From NCBI RefSeq assembly GCF_001194135.2, contig NC_068984.1, positions 74,857,821 to 74,917,130 on the forward strand: a DNA stretch of 59,310 nt, read 5' to 3'. Positions within the stretch are counted from its first letter, which is position 1. Each line of letters begins with the position of its first letter. This stretch comes from Octopus bimaculoides. Lineage: Eukaryota. Shown here one piece after another: positions 41,879 through 54,193 of the stretch. The notes beneath the pieces are model-generated. The model ran no database searches. It was not told where the DNA came from and worked only from the letters and a program-made list of their open reading frames with translations. The position numbers and the translations under genes are program-made.

Positions 41879-41910
<32 letters not shown>

Positions 41911-41914
41911 TATA

Positions 41915-41971
<57 letters not shown>

Positions 41972-43285
41972 TGTATAAAGAATCGTGGGTAAGGCAAAAA
42001 CAATGCGAAGTAAATGCAAGGTAAATCACTAGAAAACAAATATGTGAATAAATGCAGACTTACCTTGTATTCAATATTTCGAGGTTATGACCACGTTTTC
42101 AAGAAATTGACGATTGTTGCCTATGTGCGTGTGTGTGAGCGTGTGCGGAGTGGAATGCGCGGAGAGGTGTTGCTACAACAACCAGCCAGCTTCCTGTAAC
42201 TCTTTTGCTATTGTTGATCTTAGGTTTTTTTTTTGGGGGGGGGGGTATGAGGATGGCCTCAGAGATGTGCACTATGAACTCTCGGGTCTGGAATTTCCGT
42301 AGATGTTTCTTCACGGAAGTGCCTGCAATTCTTGTTTATATCTCGTTTCTCAAAGCAATCTCGTTTCTCAAAACCGCATTCGTGAGAAATGAGATTGCGC
42401 GTATAAACAACAATTGCAGCAACGTGAGCGACAAAGCCACCAACACCAAACTGTTCCTCAGAGACCTAACCCTGAATGGCTACCTGCCATCATTAGTTAA
42501 ACAACGGCGCCTAAAGAACATCAAGGTCAATAAAGCCCGGAAGAACCATCATACTCCTAAGTCCAGCACGGGCTTTCTAAAGCTACCGCTCTTTGACGAC
42601 AGAACTACTGCAGTGGTACAACACTCAGTCCGCAGGGAAGGACTCGACATACAGATAGTGCACACCAGCCCTTCCCTGAGAAAAGCTCTGTCCAAGAACA
42701 ACACCTCTCACTACTCCGAGGAGTTCACATTATCGAACTGCCCCATCAATAACCCTGAATTGTGCCAAGGGACCTATGTTGTGTAAGAGATCACCTGTGG
42801 AAAATGTGGCGCATCTTACATACGAAGCACGACAAGAAAACTGCATGTACATATNNNNNNNNNNNNNNNNNNNNNNNNNNNNNNNNNNNNNNNNNNNNNN
42901 NNNNNNNNNNNNNNNNNNNNNNNNNNNNNNNNNNNNNNNNNNNNNNNNNNNNNNNNNNNNNNNNNNNNNNNNNNNNNNNNNNNNNNNNNNNNNNNNNNNN
43001 NNNNNNNNNNNNNNNNNNNNNNNNNNNNNNNNNNNNNNNNNNNNNNNNNNNNNNNNNNNNNNNNNNNNNNNNNNNNNNNNNNNNNNNNNNNNNNNNNNNN
43101 NNNNNNNNNNNNNNNNNNNNNNNNNNNNNNNNNNNNNNNNNNNNNNNNNNNNNNNNNNNNNNNNNNNNNNNNNNNNNNNNNNNNNNNNNNNNNNNNNNNN
43201 NNNNNNNNNNNNNNNNNNNNNNNNNNNNNNNNNNNNNNNNNNNNNNNNNNNNNNNNNNNNNNNNNNNNNNNNNNNNNNNNNNNNN

Positions 43286-43323
<38 letters not shown>

Positions 43324-44623
43324 TATTATACATACATACATACTTGCATTCATGCATGCATTCATACATACATACATACATACATATATACATACATACA
43401 TACATGTACTTTCTCCTATACATATACGAAGGAGTGCTGAAAAATTTCTGACTTTGGGTAAAAGAAAATACAGGTGGATCAGTTAATTATGATTCTGTTC
43501 AACATACTCCCCTCACAGATTTCCGCGCTTATTGCAGCGGTCTTTCAGTTTTTTAAGCCCTGTAAAAAAGAAATCAGTACCCCCCCTCGTATGCGTATAA
43601 GTATGTAAAGGAGGAAGGGAGAGAGAGATTAAGACTGAAGAAACAAATCAGTTTGGCCTACAAACGGCAGTGATTCTGTACTTCACACTAATTCTCCTAC
43701 TAACCTACTTCTCAACTGCAATTCTTATTCTTTCTGCATCATTTTCTATCTCTGTAAAACCCCCAAGTTGTCTTCACCCGAATTATTCTGCTTCATGAAT
43801 TATTCTGAGAAACATGAGAATACTTCTGAGAAATTTCACAGAGGTTCGTTAAGATATAGTGATGATATTTCAAGACAAACTTTAAGAAATCTTGTCACTG
43901 CGATATCATCTATTATAGGTTGTCTTTGTTTTCATAATTTACCATGTTATTTCTTTTATACCTAGGCACTGATACCAATCACACTACACATGCAAACGGT
44001 ACTGCGCATGCAAACAGTACCACACATACAAAAGGTACTTCACCTATGAAAGGTACTTCACCTATGAAAGATACTTCACCTATGAAAAGTACTTCACCTA
44101 TGAAAGGTACTTCACCTATGAAAAGTACTTCACCTATGAAAGGTACTTCACCTATGAAAGATACTTCACCTATGAAAAGTACTTCACCTATGAAAGGTAC
44201 TACACATGCAAAAGGTTCTGCACCTACAAAAGACAGTGCCGATACAAAAGGTAAGATCNNNNNNNNNNNNNNNNNNNNNNNNNNNNNNNNNNNNNNNNNN
44301 NNNNNNNNNNNNNNNNNNNNNNNNNNNNNNNNNNNNNNNNNNNNNNNNNNNNNNNNNNNNNNNNNNNNNNNNNNNNNNNNNNNNNNNNNNNNNNNNNNNN
44401 NNNNNNNNNNNNNNNNNNNNNNNNNNNNNNNNNNNNNNNNNNNNNNNNNNNNNNNNNNNNNNNNNNNNNNNNNNNNNNNNNNNNGCATAGAGGAATATAC
44501 TATTTAAAAGAGTTCCAACTCTGTTTTTTATGTTTTATTTATATTCTTATAAGATTAATGTGGGATATAGAATATGGAATATATAATATAAATGGTAAAA
44601 TGAAATGAAGTATTGAATGTCTT

Positions 44624-44661
<38 letters not shown>

Positions 44662-44881
44662 TATATATATATAGTTCAAATTTACAGAACATAAAAGACG
44701 AAGACAGGTGAAGGAATAACAAGCAGGTGCATTAACTTGACGCTCGTGATGAATGGAAATGTCTTTGACGTTTCGAGCTTATGCTCTTCAACAGAAAGGG
44801 ATGAGAAGTAAAAAAGTGGAGAACGAAAACTTGGGGAGAGAAAAAATTGTGTAGGGATTAACATATGTATGAGTGTGTGTA

Positions 44882-44912
<31 letters not shown>

Positions 44913-45091
44913 ACATACATACGTTTGTGCAACTGATTCCTTTCAGTTTCCGCGAAGGAAATCCACTCACAAGGCGTCGGACATCCTGAGACTATAATAA
45001 AAGATACTTTCCCAAGGTGTCACGTAGCGGAGATGAACCTGGACTCATGCAGCTGGGTAGCATAACGTCTCACCACACAACTACGCCTGCG

Positions 45092-45139
<48 letters not shown>

Positions 45140-45937
45140 TGTGTGATTCTAACAATTAAAATTGACACATTGAAAAACTGTATTTAATCACGTGACATTC
45201 GTATTTCAAAGTCATATATGCTTGTTTTCTCTCTCGTCATTGCTGTCTTGTATTTGTCGTTGAATTGTCGCCGTGATTTAGAGATTTCTTGACTTTTTGT
45301 TCACTGGACAAGTGTGTGAGTGGGTGTGTGTATGTGTTTGTGCGTGCGCGTGCGCGTGTGCTTGTGTACGTGTGTGTATGAGTGTGGTACAGAGTTAATG
45401 TATTAGTAAAGAAACTCTGCTTTCGCTAATTCATTAGCTCTTTTGAAAGTAAATTTATATTTTGCAGATATTTACGGATATTTAGGATATTTCTTTATGT
45501 TGCTATCGTTCGAGATAAATTTGATTCATACAGCCACTATAATATATTAATTTCTGACATAAACACAACACAACACAATTTGGAGCGAGAAATTATCAAT
45601 GTTGTTGACGCTAATTAATTAAGAGTTCAGTCGTAATCTTGTCATCCCTAGAAGAAAGAAATGCTAAAAATATTGACTCCGATGTGGCTGAAAATCAGAG
45701 CTTAAAAGGTGTCTAAACATCAGATAATATTTGCGCTGCACCGCGCTTAAAAGACTCCTTCGATTTTATTATTATAGTTTTTGTTTTCAAACGTCACGTG
45801 TGTTATTTCGTATAATTTCAGATCCTTCCAAACCATCAGATCCTTCCAAACCATCAGATGCCATTCCTATACCAGCGAGTAAGATGACATATATTTATTT
45901 ATTTATTTATATTCATTATACGGAACATTTGTGTGTG

Positions 45938-45992
<55 letters not shown>

Positions 45993-47648
45993 ATGTATGT
46001 ATGTATGTATATACGAGAAGGTACCCAAAATAACCGGAAACGTTCTCTGTAGGACAAGCCCATTGTAATTCAGGATTCCGCCACCAATTGCGCACTGGAG
46101 TCGATGTAATCGACTAGTCCCCTCTCACTAAATTTCAGGCCTTAGGTCTACAGTGGAAGGGTTATGTGAGTAGATCGGCAGATTAGAGTATTTGGCAAAA
46201 TAACTTTCTATATTTAGTTACAACTTTTAAGACAGCGAGCTGCCAGAATCGTTAGCATGCCGGGCGAAATGCTTAGCAGTAATTTTTCTGCTGCAACGTT
46301 CTGAGTTGAAATTCCGCCGAGGTCGACTTTGCCTTACATCCTTTCTAGGTCGATAAATTAAGTACCAGTTGAGTACTGGCGTCAATGTGATCGACTGTCC
46401 CCCTCCCCACAAATTTCAGGGCTTGTAGAAAGGATTGTTATTCTTATCATTATTACTATTATTATTATGGCGGCGAGCTGGCAGAATTGTTAACACACTG
46501 GATGAAATGCTTAGCGGTATTTCGCCCGTTGCTACGTTCTGAGTTCAAATTCCACGGAAGTCGACTTTGCCTTTCATCCTTTCGGTATCGATAAATTAAG
46601 TACTAGTTGCGCACTGGTGTCGATCTAATCAACTGGCCCCCTCCTCCAAAATTTCAGGCCTTGTGCCTATAATAGAAAGGCTCATTATTATTATTATGGA
46701 TCTTTTTTAAAACGGGGGCCACATTTTTCATTAACGAAACACTTTGAAACTTGGAACACTGGTAGAATGTGTCATATAAAACATCTTTTTCTCTTAGTCT
46801 TCTTTAAAAAAAAAGAAATCCCTAAGTTATTCCATGTTAAAGTTGTCNNNNNNNNNNNNNNNNNNNNNNNNNNNNNNNNNNNNNNNNNNNNNNNNNNNNN
46901 NNNNNNNNNNNNNNNNNNNNNNNNNNNNNNNNNNNNNNNNNNNNNNNNNNNNNNNNNNNNNNNNNNNNNNNNNNNNNNNNNNNNNNNNNNNNNNNNNNNN
47001 NNNNNNNNNNNNNNNNNNNNNNNNNNNNNNNNNNNNNNNNNNNNNNNNNNNNNNNNNNNNNNNNNNNNNNNNNNNNNNNNNNNNNNNNNNNNNNNNNNNN
47101 NNNNNNNNNNNNNNNNNNNNNNNNNNNNNNNNNNNNNNNNNNNNNNNNNNNNNNNNNNNNNNNNNNNNNNNNNNNNNNNNNNNNNNNNNNNNNNNNNNNN
47201 NNNNNNNNNNNNNNNNNNNNNNNNNNNNNNNNNNNNNNNNNNNNNNNNNNNNNNNNNNNNNNNNNNNNNNNNNNNNNNNNNNNNNNNNNNNNNNNNNNNN
47301 NNNNNNNNNNNNNNNNNNNNNNNNNNNNNNNNNNNNNNNNNNNNNNNNNNNNNNNNNNNNNNNNNNNNNNNNNNNNNNNNNNNNNNNNNNNNNNNNNNNN
47401 NNNNNNNNNNNNNNNNNNNNNNNNNNNNNNNNNNNNNNNNNNNNNNNNNNNNNNNNNNNNNNNNNNNNNNNNNNNNNNNNNNNNNNNNNNNNNNNNNNNN
47501 NNNNNNNNNNNNNNNNNNNNNNNNNNNNNNNNNNNNNNNNNNNNNNNNNNNNNNNNNNNNNNNNNNNNNNNNNNNNNNNNNNNNNNNNNNNNNNNNNNNN
47601 NNNNNNNNNNNNNNNNNNNNNNNNNNNNNNNNNNNNNNNNNNNNNNNN

Positions 47649-47679
<31 letters not shown>

Positions 47680-47996
47680 GCAATGTTAATTCTCTAAACG
47701 AGGTATTAACAGTAACTGCACGATAAAGTGAAGTATATTGCCACTTAAATGTAGCTGACCCCTAGGGATGGATGTCACTGTTGCTTTTAGCCCCAGGAGG
47801 ACATCTCCTCCAGCTGGCTTATCGACACACTTCTGTGTCCTGTTTGTTTTGCCAAGGGAAGTTATCCCTCTCATCGTCATCTGTAGCACGAACGGACTCG
47901 AGTTTCAGGGTTATTTCCCATCGTCAGCGTCCGATAGCCACCGATCTGCGATGAGAAAGATAATTCTTGGCAAACTTATGTATCTTTTTCCATGTA

Positions 47997-48029
<33 letters not shown>

Positions 48030-48806
48030 TGCTTGTAGAGTTTATTATATAGTATAATGTTTTTTCCTTTCTCTTTGTAGGCGCTTATTCATTCGGAAGA
48101 TTTGCTTCTGGTGGAAATGGTACGTCGTTAACTCATATATACAATATTCATGTCGTTAATTTGTGAGAGAGATCTAGAAAATATATTTCCCTTCCAAAAT
48201 CCATAATGCATATTATTCCGAAATCTGCCTGCGACAGGAATATATATACATACATTTGCGGGATCTTTTTTAAAACAGGGGCCACATTTTTCATTAACGA
48301 AACACTTTGAAACTTGGAACACTGGTAGAATGTGTCATATAAAACATCTTTTTCTCTTAGTCTTCTTAAAAAAAAAACAGAAATCCCCAAGTTATTCCAT
48401 GTTAAAGTTGTCGTATTTCTGTAATTTCAACCAATCACTGACGTCCATTCAGCCCATATACATTAAGTGCCGACTACATAAACAAACGATTCTGAAACAA
48501 TTCTATCGGTGATAGCAAATTTAAAAAGAAAAAAGAAAAACGAAGCTATCGAAATTAAATACGCTTTACACCGCTTAATCAGCCAAAGGAGTAAATGTAA
48601 ACAACTGAATACTTGTCAGTGATTGGTTGAAATTATCGAAATAAGACAATTTTTTACATGAAATAAATTCGAATACAAAAATATTTTTCTGTTCTATAAC
48701 ACAAAATAGATAAGTATACGAAGTTTGAAAGTCTTTCGGTACCAAAAACACTACGTAAAACATTAATGAAAAATGTGGCCCCCGTTTTAAAAAAGATCCC
48801 ATTTGC

Positions 48807-48847
<41 letters not shown>

Positions 48848-49449
48848 AATGATAGAAAATGGAATGAATGATATTCATTATTGAAAAACTGTTTCGATAA
48901 ATTTTTACACATGTAGTACAGCACTAAGATGCTGTGTAATCATTATTACGCGTCCAAGGTGTAAAATATGCGATCATTAGATCTAACCGTCATCGACTCA
49001 GTGTGAGGATGCATACACCAAAGGATGTATCATTTTAACTTATTTCAGCGCATTTCGCTGTTTTGTAAAAATAATTTATGTTTGAAACTTTATTGATACT
49101 ATCTGCTTATTTTACTTTAATCTTTATCATATTGGGTGTATTTATTTCTGGTTCTTAAAAGAAGTTACATGTATGTAAGAAGCATATGTGTGTGTGTATA
49201 CCAAACTATATGCATTACCTGATATGTGGGTTCGACCTAAGCTAACAATTATGTCAGAAGTGTATATGTACCCATATATATAAATAAATACGTGAACATA
49301 TTCTATCTCCCCTCGTAGCTCATAACTAATAATAACTCAATATAGAAATTATTTAACTATGCAGGAAGCAGGTTGGATTTGGATAATATACGTTGAACAT
49401 AACGGTAGCAGTCGTACATCTAAACGCAAGCACAATTTCTACTATATAA

Positions 49450-49537
<88 letters not shown>

Positions 49538-49538
49538 T

Positions 49539-49584
<46 letters not shown>

Positions 49585-51509
49585 CTGTTGTATAATATGC
49601 GAGAGTGAATGTATGTTTTGTCTTCTTACATGTCTGTTTATTGAATAGCTAGAATACATATTTGACATAAATATTTGCATAACGTGACACGAATTACATT
49701 TCATGATCCTGTATCAGATTTATTCTCTGTGATAACTGCGTTGTTATGCATTTTTAAAAATCTATCAGGAAGATATAATAGTTTCAAGTACATAATGCCC
49801 TTACATTTTAGGATGTTCGAGATTCCTGTCTTTGTAAGGCAAAGATTACCGATTATATCGTAGACAAACAGTTCTGTAACCGTGGTGTGCGCAGATGAAA
49901 TATTTTCGTTAGCGAAAGACCAATTTGATTTGTTGGTCCGGACAAGTTACCCGATTAAGATGATGAAGGTATTGCAGAAACGTCAGAACTTCGGACAAAA
50001 TACAATCTCAGTTCAAATCACACCAAGATCATTTTTGCCTTTTATTCTTTCGGTGTCGATAAAATGAAGTACTGGCCATGAACTGGGAGTTGTTGATGTT
50101 GCAGTAAATTTGAAACAATATTGAACCTCTACTATAGACAAACGATTCCTTTATCTATAAGACATTGGTTATAACTGATTTCTAGCATTGCAAAAAAAAA
50201 TGGTTTTAATTATTGTGACAACAGAGTTAATGAGACACCGAGTAAGTTACAGAAAACTACATGAGCTAATACGGCAAGATTCAGACTCAAACTGTAAAGG
50301 AAGATTAGCTTGTTGTTGGCACTCCGTCGCTTACGACGTCAAGGGTTCCAGTTGATCCGATCAACAGAACAGCCTGCTCGTGAAATTAACGTACAAGTGG
50401 CTGAGCACTCCACAGACACGTGTACCCTTTACGTAGTTCTCGGGGATATTCAGCGTGACACAGTGTGACAAGGCTGACCCTTTGAATTACAGGCACAACA
50501 GAAACAGAACGTAAGAGAGAAAGTTGTGGTGAAAGAGTACAGCAGGGTTCGCCACCATCCCCTGCCGGAGCCTCATGGAGCTTTCGGTGTTTCCGCTCAA
50601 TAAACACTCACAACGCCCGGTCTGGGAATCGAAACCGCGATCCTATGACCNNNNNNNNNNNNNNNNNNNNNNNNNNNNNNNNNNNNNNNNNNNNNNNNNN
50701 NNNNNNNNNNNNNNNNNNNNNNNNNNNNNNNNNNNNNNNNNNNNNNNNNNNNNNNNNNNNNNNNNNNNNNNNNNNNNNNNNNNNNNNNNNNNNNNNNNNN
50801 NNNNNNNNNNNNNNNNNNNNNNNNNNNNNNNNNNNNNNNNNNNNNNNNNNNNNNNNNNNNNNNNNNNNNNNNNNNNNNNNNNNNNNNNNNNNNNNNNNNN
50901 NNNNNNNNNNNNNNNNNNNNNNNNNNNNNNNNNNNNNNNNNNNNNNNNNNNNNNNNNNNNNNNNNNNNNNNNNNNNNNNNNNNNNNNNNNNNNNNNNNNN
51001 NNNNTATTATTACTGTTGCCTTTGCACAGCTTCTAACGCTGGAGATGTACTACAGTGTCAGCTGTTCACTTCCAGTGAACTAAGGTAAGACCTCTTATTT
51101 TTCGAGCACCATCCGGAGTATTCGAGCGGTTCCAAGTAGTGCTGTTTTCTGCAAGTGCTCCACTCTTATTGCATCCCCTATTTGTTCCATGTACTTCTCG
51201 AGATTTTTGCTCACTGTTCCTAGCGCTCCGACAATTATTGGTATTACTGCTACCTTTTTCATCGACCACAACTGCCTAACCTCCCAAGCTAACCTGTCAT
51301 ATCTATCGACTTTTCTTTCTTCCTTATGGGGATAGTCGATTACATCGACCGAAAGGAAGAATGGCAAAGTCGACCCTGGCGGAATTTGAACTCAGAACGT
51401 AGCAGCAGACGAAATACCGCTATGCATTTCGTCCAACCTGCTAACGATTCTGCCAGTTCGCCGCCTTCTAATAATTATTTATCATTATTATTATTATTAT
51501 TATTATTAT

Positions 51510-51580
<71 letters not shown>

Positions 51581-51747
51581 TTTCTACTCTAGGCACATGG
51601 CCTTGAAAATTTTGGGGCAAGAGAGCTAGTCGATTATATCGACTCCAGTGTGTAACTGGTACTTATTTAATCGACCACGAAATAGCAGACGAAATACCGC
51701 TAAGCATTTCGCCCGGCGTGCTAACGATTCTGCCAGCTCGATGCCTC

Positions 51748-51790
<43 letters not shown>

Positions 51791-52982
51791 TCTTTATTCA
51801 CTGCAAAGTGTTCACAATTAATAACAATAAATTTTTCAATTTTAGATACTGCCATGAACACAACAGTTCCTGCTGAAGATGCAAAGAGTGAGTTGACACA
51901 CAAATCATTTATCTTCTATCTTGCACTTGTTTCAGTCATTGGACTGCGACCATGTGGGGACACCACATTGAAGGGTTTAAACAGAACAAATGGGCACCAG
52001 TGCTTATTATTTGTTTTTAAGTCTGCTACTAAGTCTATCGGTTTCTTTGGCCCTACCGCTAAATTACTCGAGCGTAAGCAAACCAACATCGGTGTCAAGC
52101 GGTGGGGGGGGGGTACAAAGAGACACAAAGACACACACACACACATATATATGTCAAGTGGTAGGGAGACAAACAGACACAAAACCACACTCACACATAC
52201 ACACACACATATGACGTTTTATATATATATCTTTGTGTGTGTGTGTATGTGTGTGTCTTTCGTGTGTCTGTTTATCCCCTCCCCCACCGATTGACACCGG
52301 CGTTGGTTTGTTTGCCCTCTCGTAACTTAGCGGTAGGGCTAAAGAAACCGATAGAATAAGTAGCAGGTTTAAAAACAGATAATAAGTACTGGTATCCATT
52401 TGTTCCGTTTACAAATATACATATTTATAATACAGAAATGGCAATTTCTGTCTGTCGATCTGTCAGTTACCACCCTGCTGCCTACACCAGTGAACCAAAC
52501 TTGACGAAACTTTGCATACATGTTAAACAAACATCCAGTTCAATTTTAAGCTAATTGGATTTCAATAACAATCTATAATGGGCCCCCTAGTTAGGGTTGG
52601 GCTAACATTTGATAAAATTGAGAAGGGTGCAAGAGTGTTAATATGAGGGAAATGTCATAGCATAGTGAATGTGGCTGATATCAGGGAAGGGGATAACAGC
52701 GTTGTGTAAGCGACAAATATGGAGTGACGGTGGGATGATAACGTCAATGCAGCTGTCATAAGTAACTTTTAAAACGCCGAGGAAGGGAAAGAAAGGTTGG
52801 TATGAGGAATACGTAGCTTTAAGAAGAGGTGGCTTTTTCTGCTGTCCATCGCAAAGAAACACTCACACACAGAAACACACGCACACATATACACATATAT
52901 ATATACATACATAAATACGAACATACTCATGATTACCTATGCAAGTTTGTAAATGTGTGTGTGTTTCAATACGTGTGTGTGG

Positions 52983-53026
<44 letters not shown>

Positions 53027-53701
53027 GAGAGACGTCCTATGCCTGTCTCTCTATTCTTGTAGTGTCTTCCTTGTTGTTGTCACATTGTGAAATTTTAAAA
53101 TTACGTCAAAATTTTCAAATTTGGTAGATTGAAATAATTTTCCACGTTAAATCCGATTTCATTATTTCTTTGCTCCAGAAAAATTTCAGAAAAATGTTAC
53201 TGAGGTTTAAAGTTTAATCAACTTTACCTATTCAGAAAATAGGAGTTAGAAACTAGCATTTTTTGCATGATAGTTGTCTATCACAAAATGAAAGCAAAAT
53301 CATAACGAGAAAGAATTTTTATTAAACAAAGAAAGCAAAGCATTACGACGACCAAAGTTGTAANNNNNNNNNNNNNNNNNNNNNNNNNNNNNNNNNNNNN
53401 NNNNNNNNNNNNNNNNNNNNNNNNNNNNNNNNNNNNNNNNNNNNNNNNNNNNNNNNNNNNNNNNNNNNNNNNNNNNNNNNNNNNNNNNNNNNNNNNNNNN
53501 NNNNNNNNNNNNNNNNNNNNNNNNNNNNNNNNNNNNNNNNNNNNNNNNNNNNNNNNNNNNNNNNNNNNNNNNNNNNNNNNNNNNNNNNNNNNNNNNNNNN
53601 NNNNNNNNNNNNNNNNNNNNNNNNNNNNNNNNNNNNNNNNNNNNNNNNNNNNNNNNNNNNNNNNNNNNNNNNNNNNNNNNNNNNNNNNNNNNNNNNNNNN
53701 N

Positions 53702-53761
<60 letters not shown>

Positions 53762-54009
53762 TACGACGGCTTCTTTCAGTTTCCATCTACCATATCCACT
53801 CAAGGCCTTGGTCGGCCCCAGGTGATAGTAGAAGACACTCACCCAAAGTGTCACACAGTGGGACAGAACTTGAAGACAAGTGGTTGGGCAACAAGCTTCT
53901 TATCTCATCGCCACGCCTTGTTGAGATTTGAAGAAATTTGTCAACAAACCTGAAAATAAAATGAAAATGCATGCTACCTAAATGAGCATGCACTAGCGTA
54001 GTAATAATG

Positions 54010-54077
<68 letters not shown>

Positions 54078-54156
54078 AAGAAGAAGAAGAAGAAGAAGAA
54101 GAAGAAGAAGGACAACAACAACAACAACAACAACAAATAACAACAACAACGATAAC

Positions 54157-54193
<37 letters not shown>

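Noticed and set aside
44031-44192. Regular short repeats as a CRISPR array
   Set aside because: Contiguous 18-bp units with no spacers, eukaryotic context and no cas genes
43979-44488. Minus-strand ORF with (FIGEV[P/L/S])n repeats
   Set aside because: Antisense shadow of the E13 minisatellite; the splice signals and frame support the + strand
45468-45550. Acceptor followed by a hydrophobic reading ending in a stop (xIYGYLGYFFMLLSF..), a possible TM/GPI last exon
   Set aside because: AT-rich DNA gives hydrophobic frames by chance; no paralogous flank or other support
52405-52640. Possible Helitron/Helentron-like 5' end
   Set aside because: No matching 3' hairpin/CTRR end or second copy found in the window
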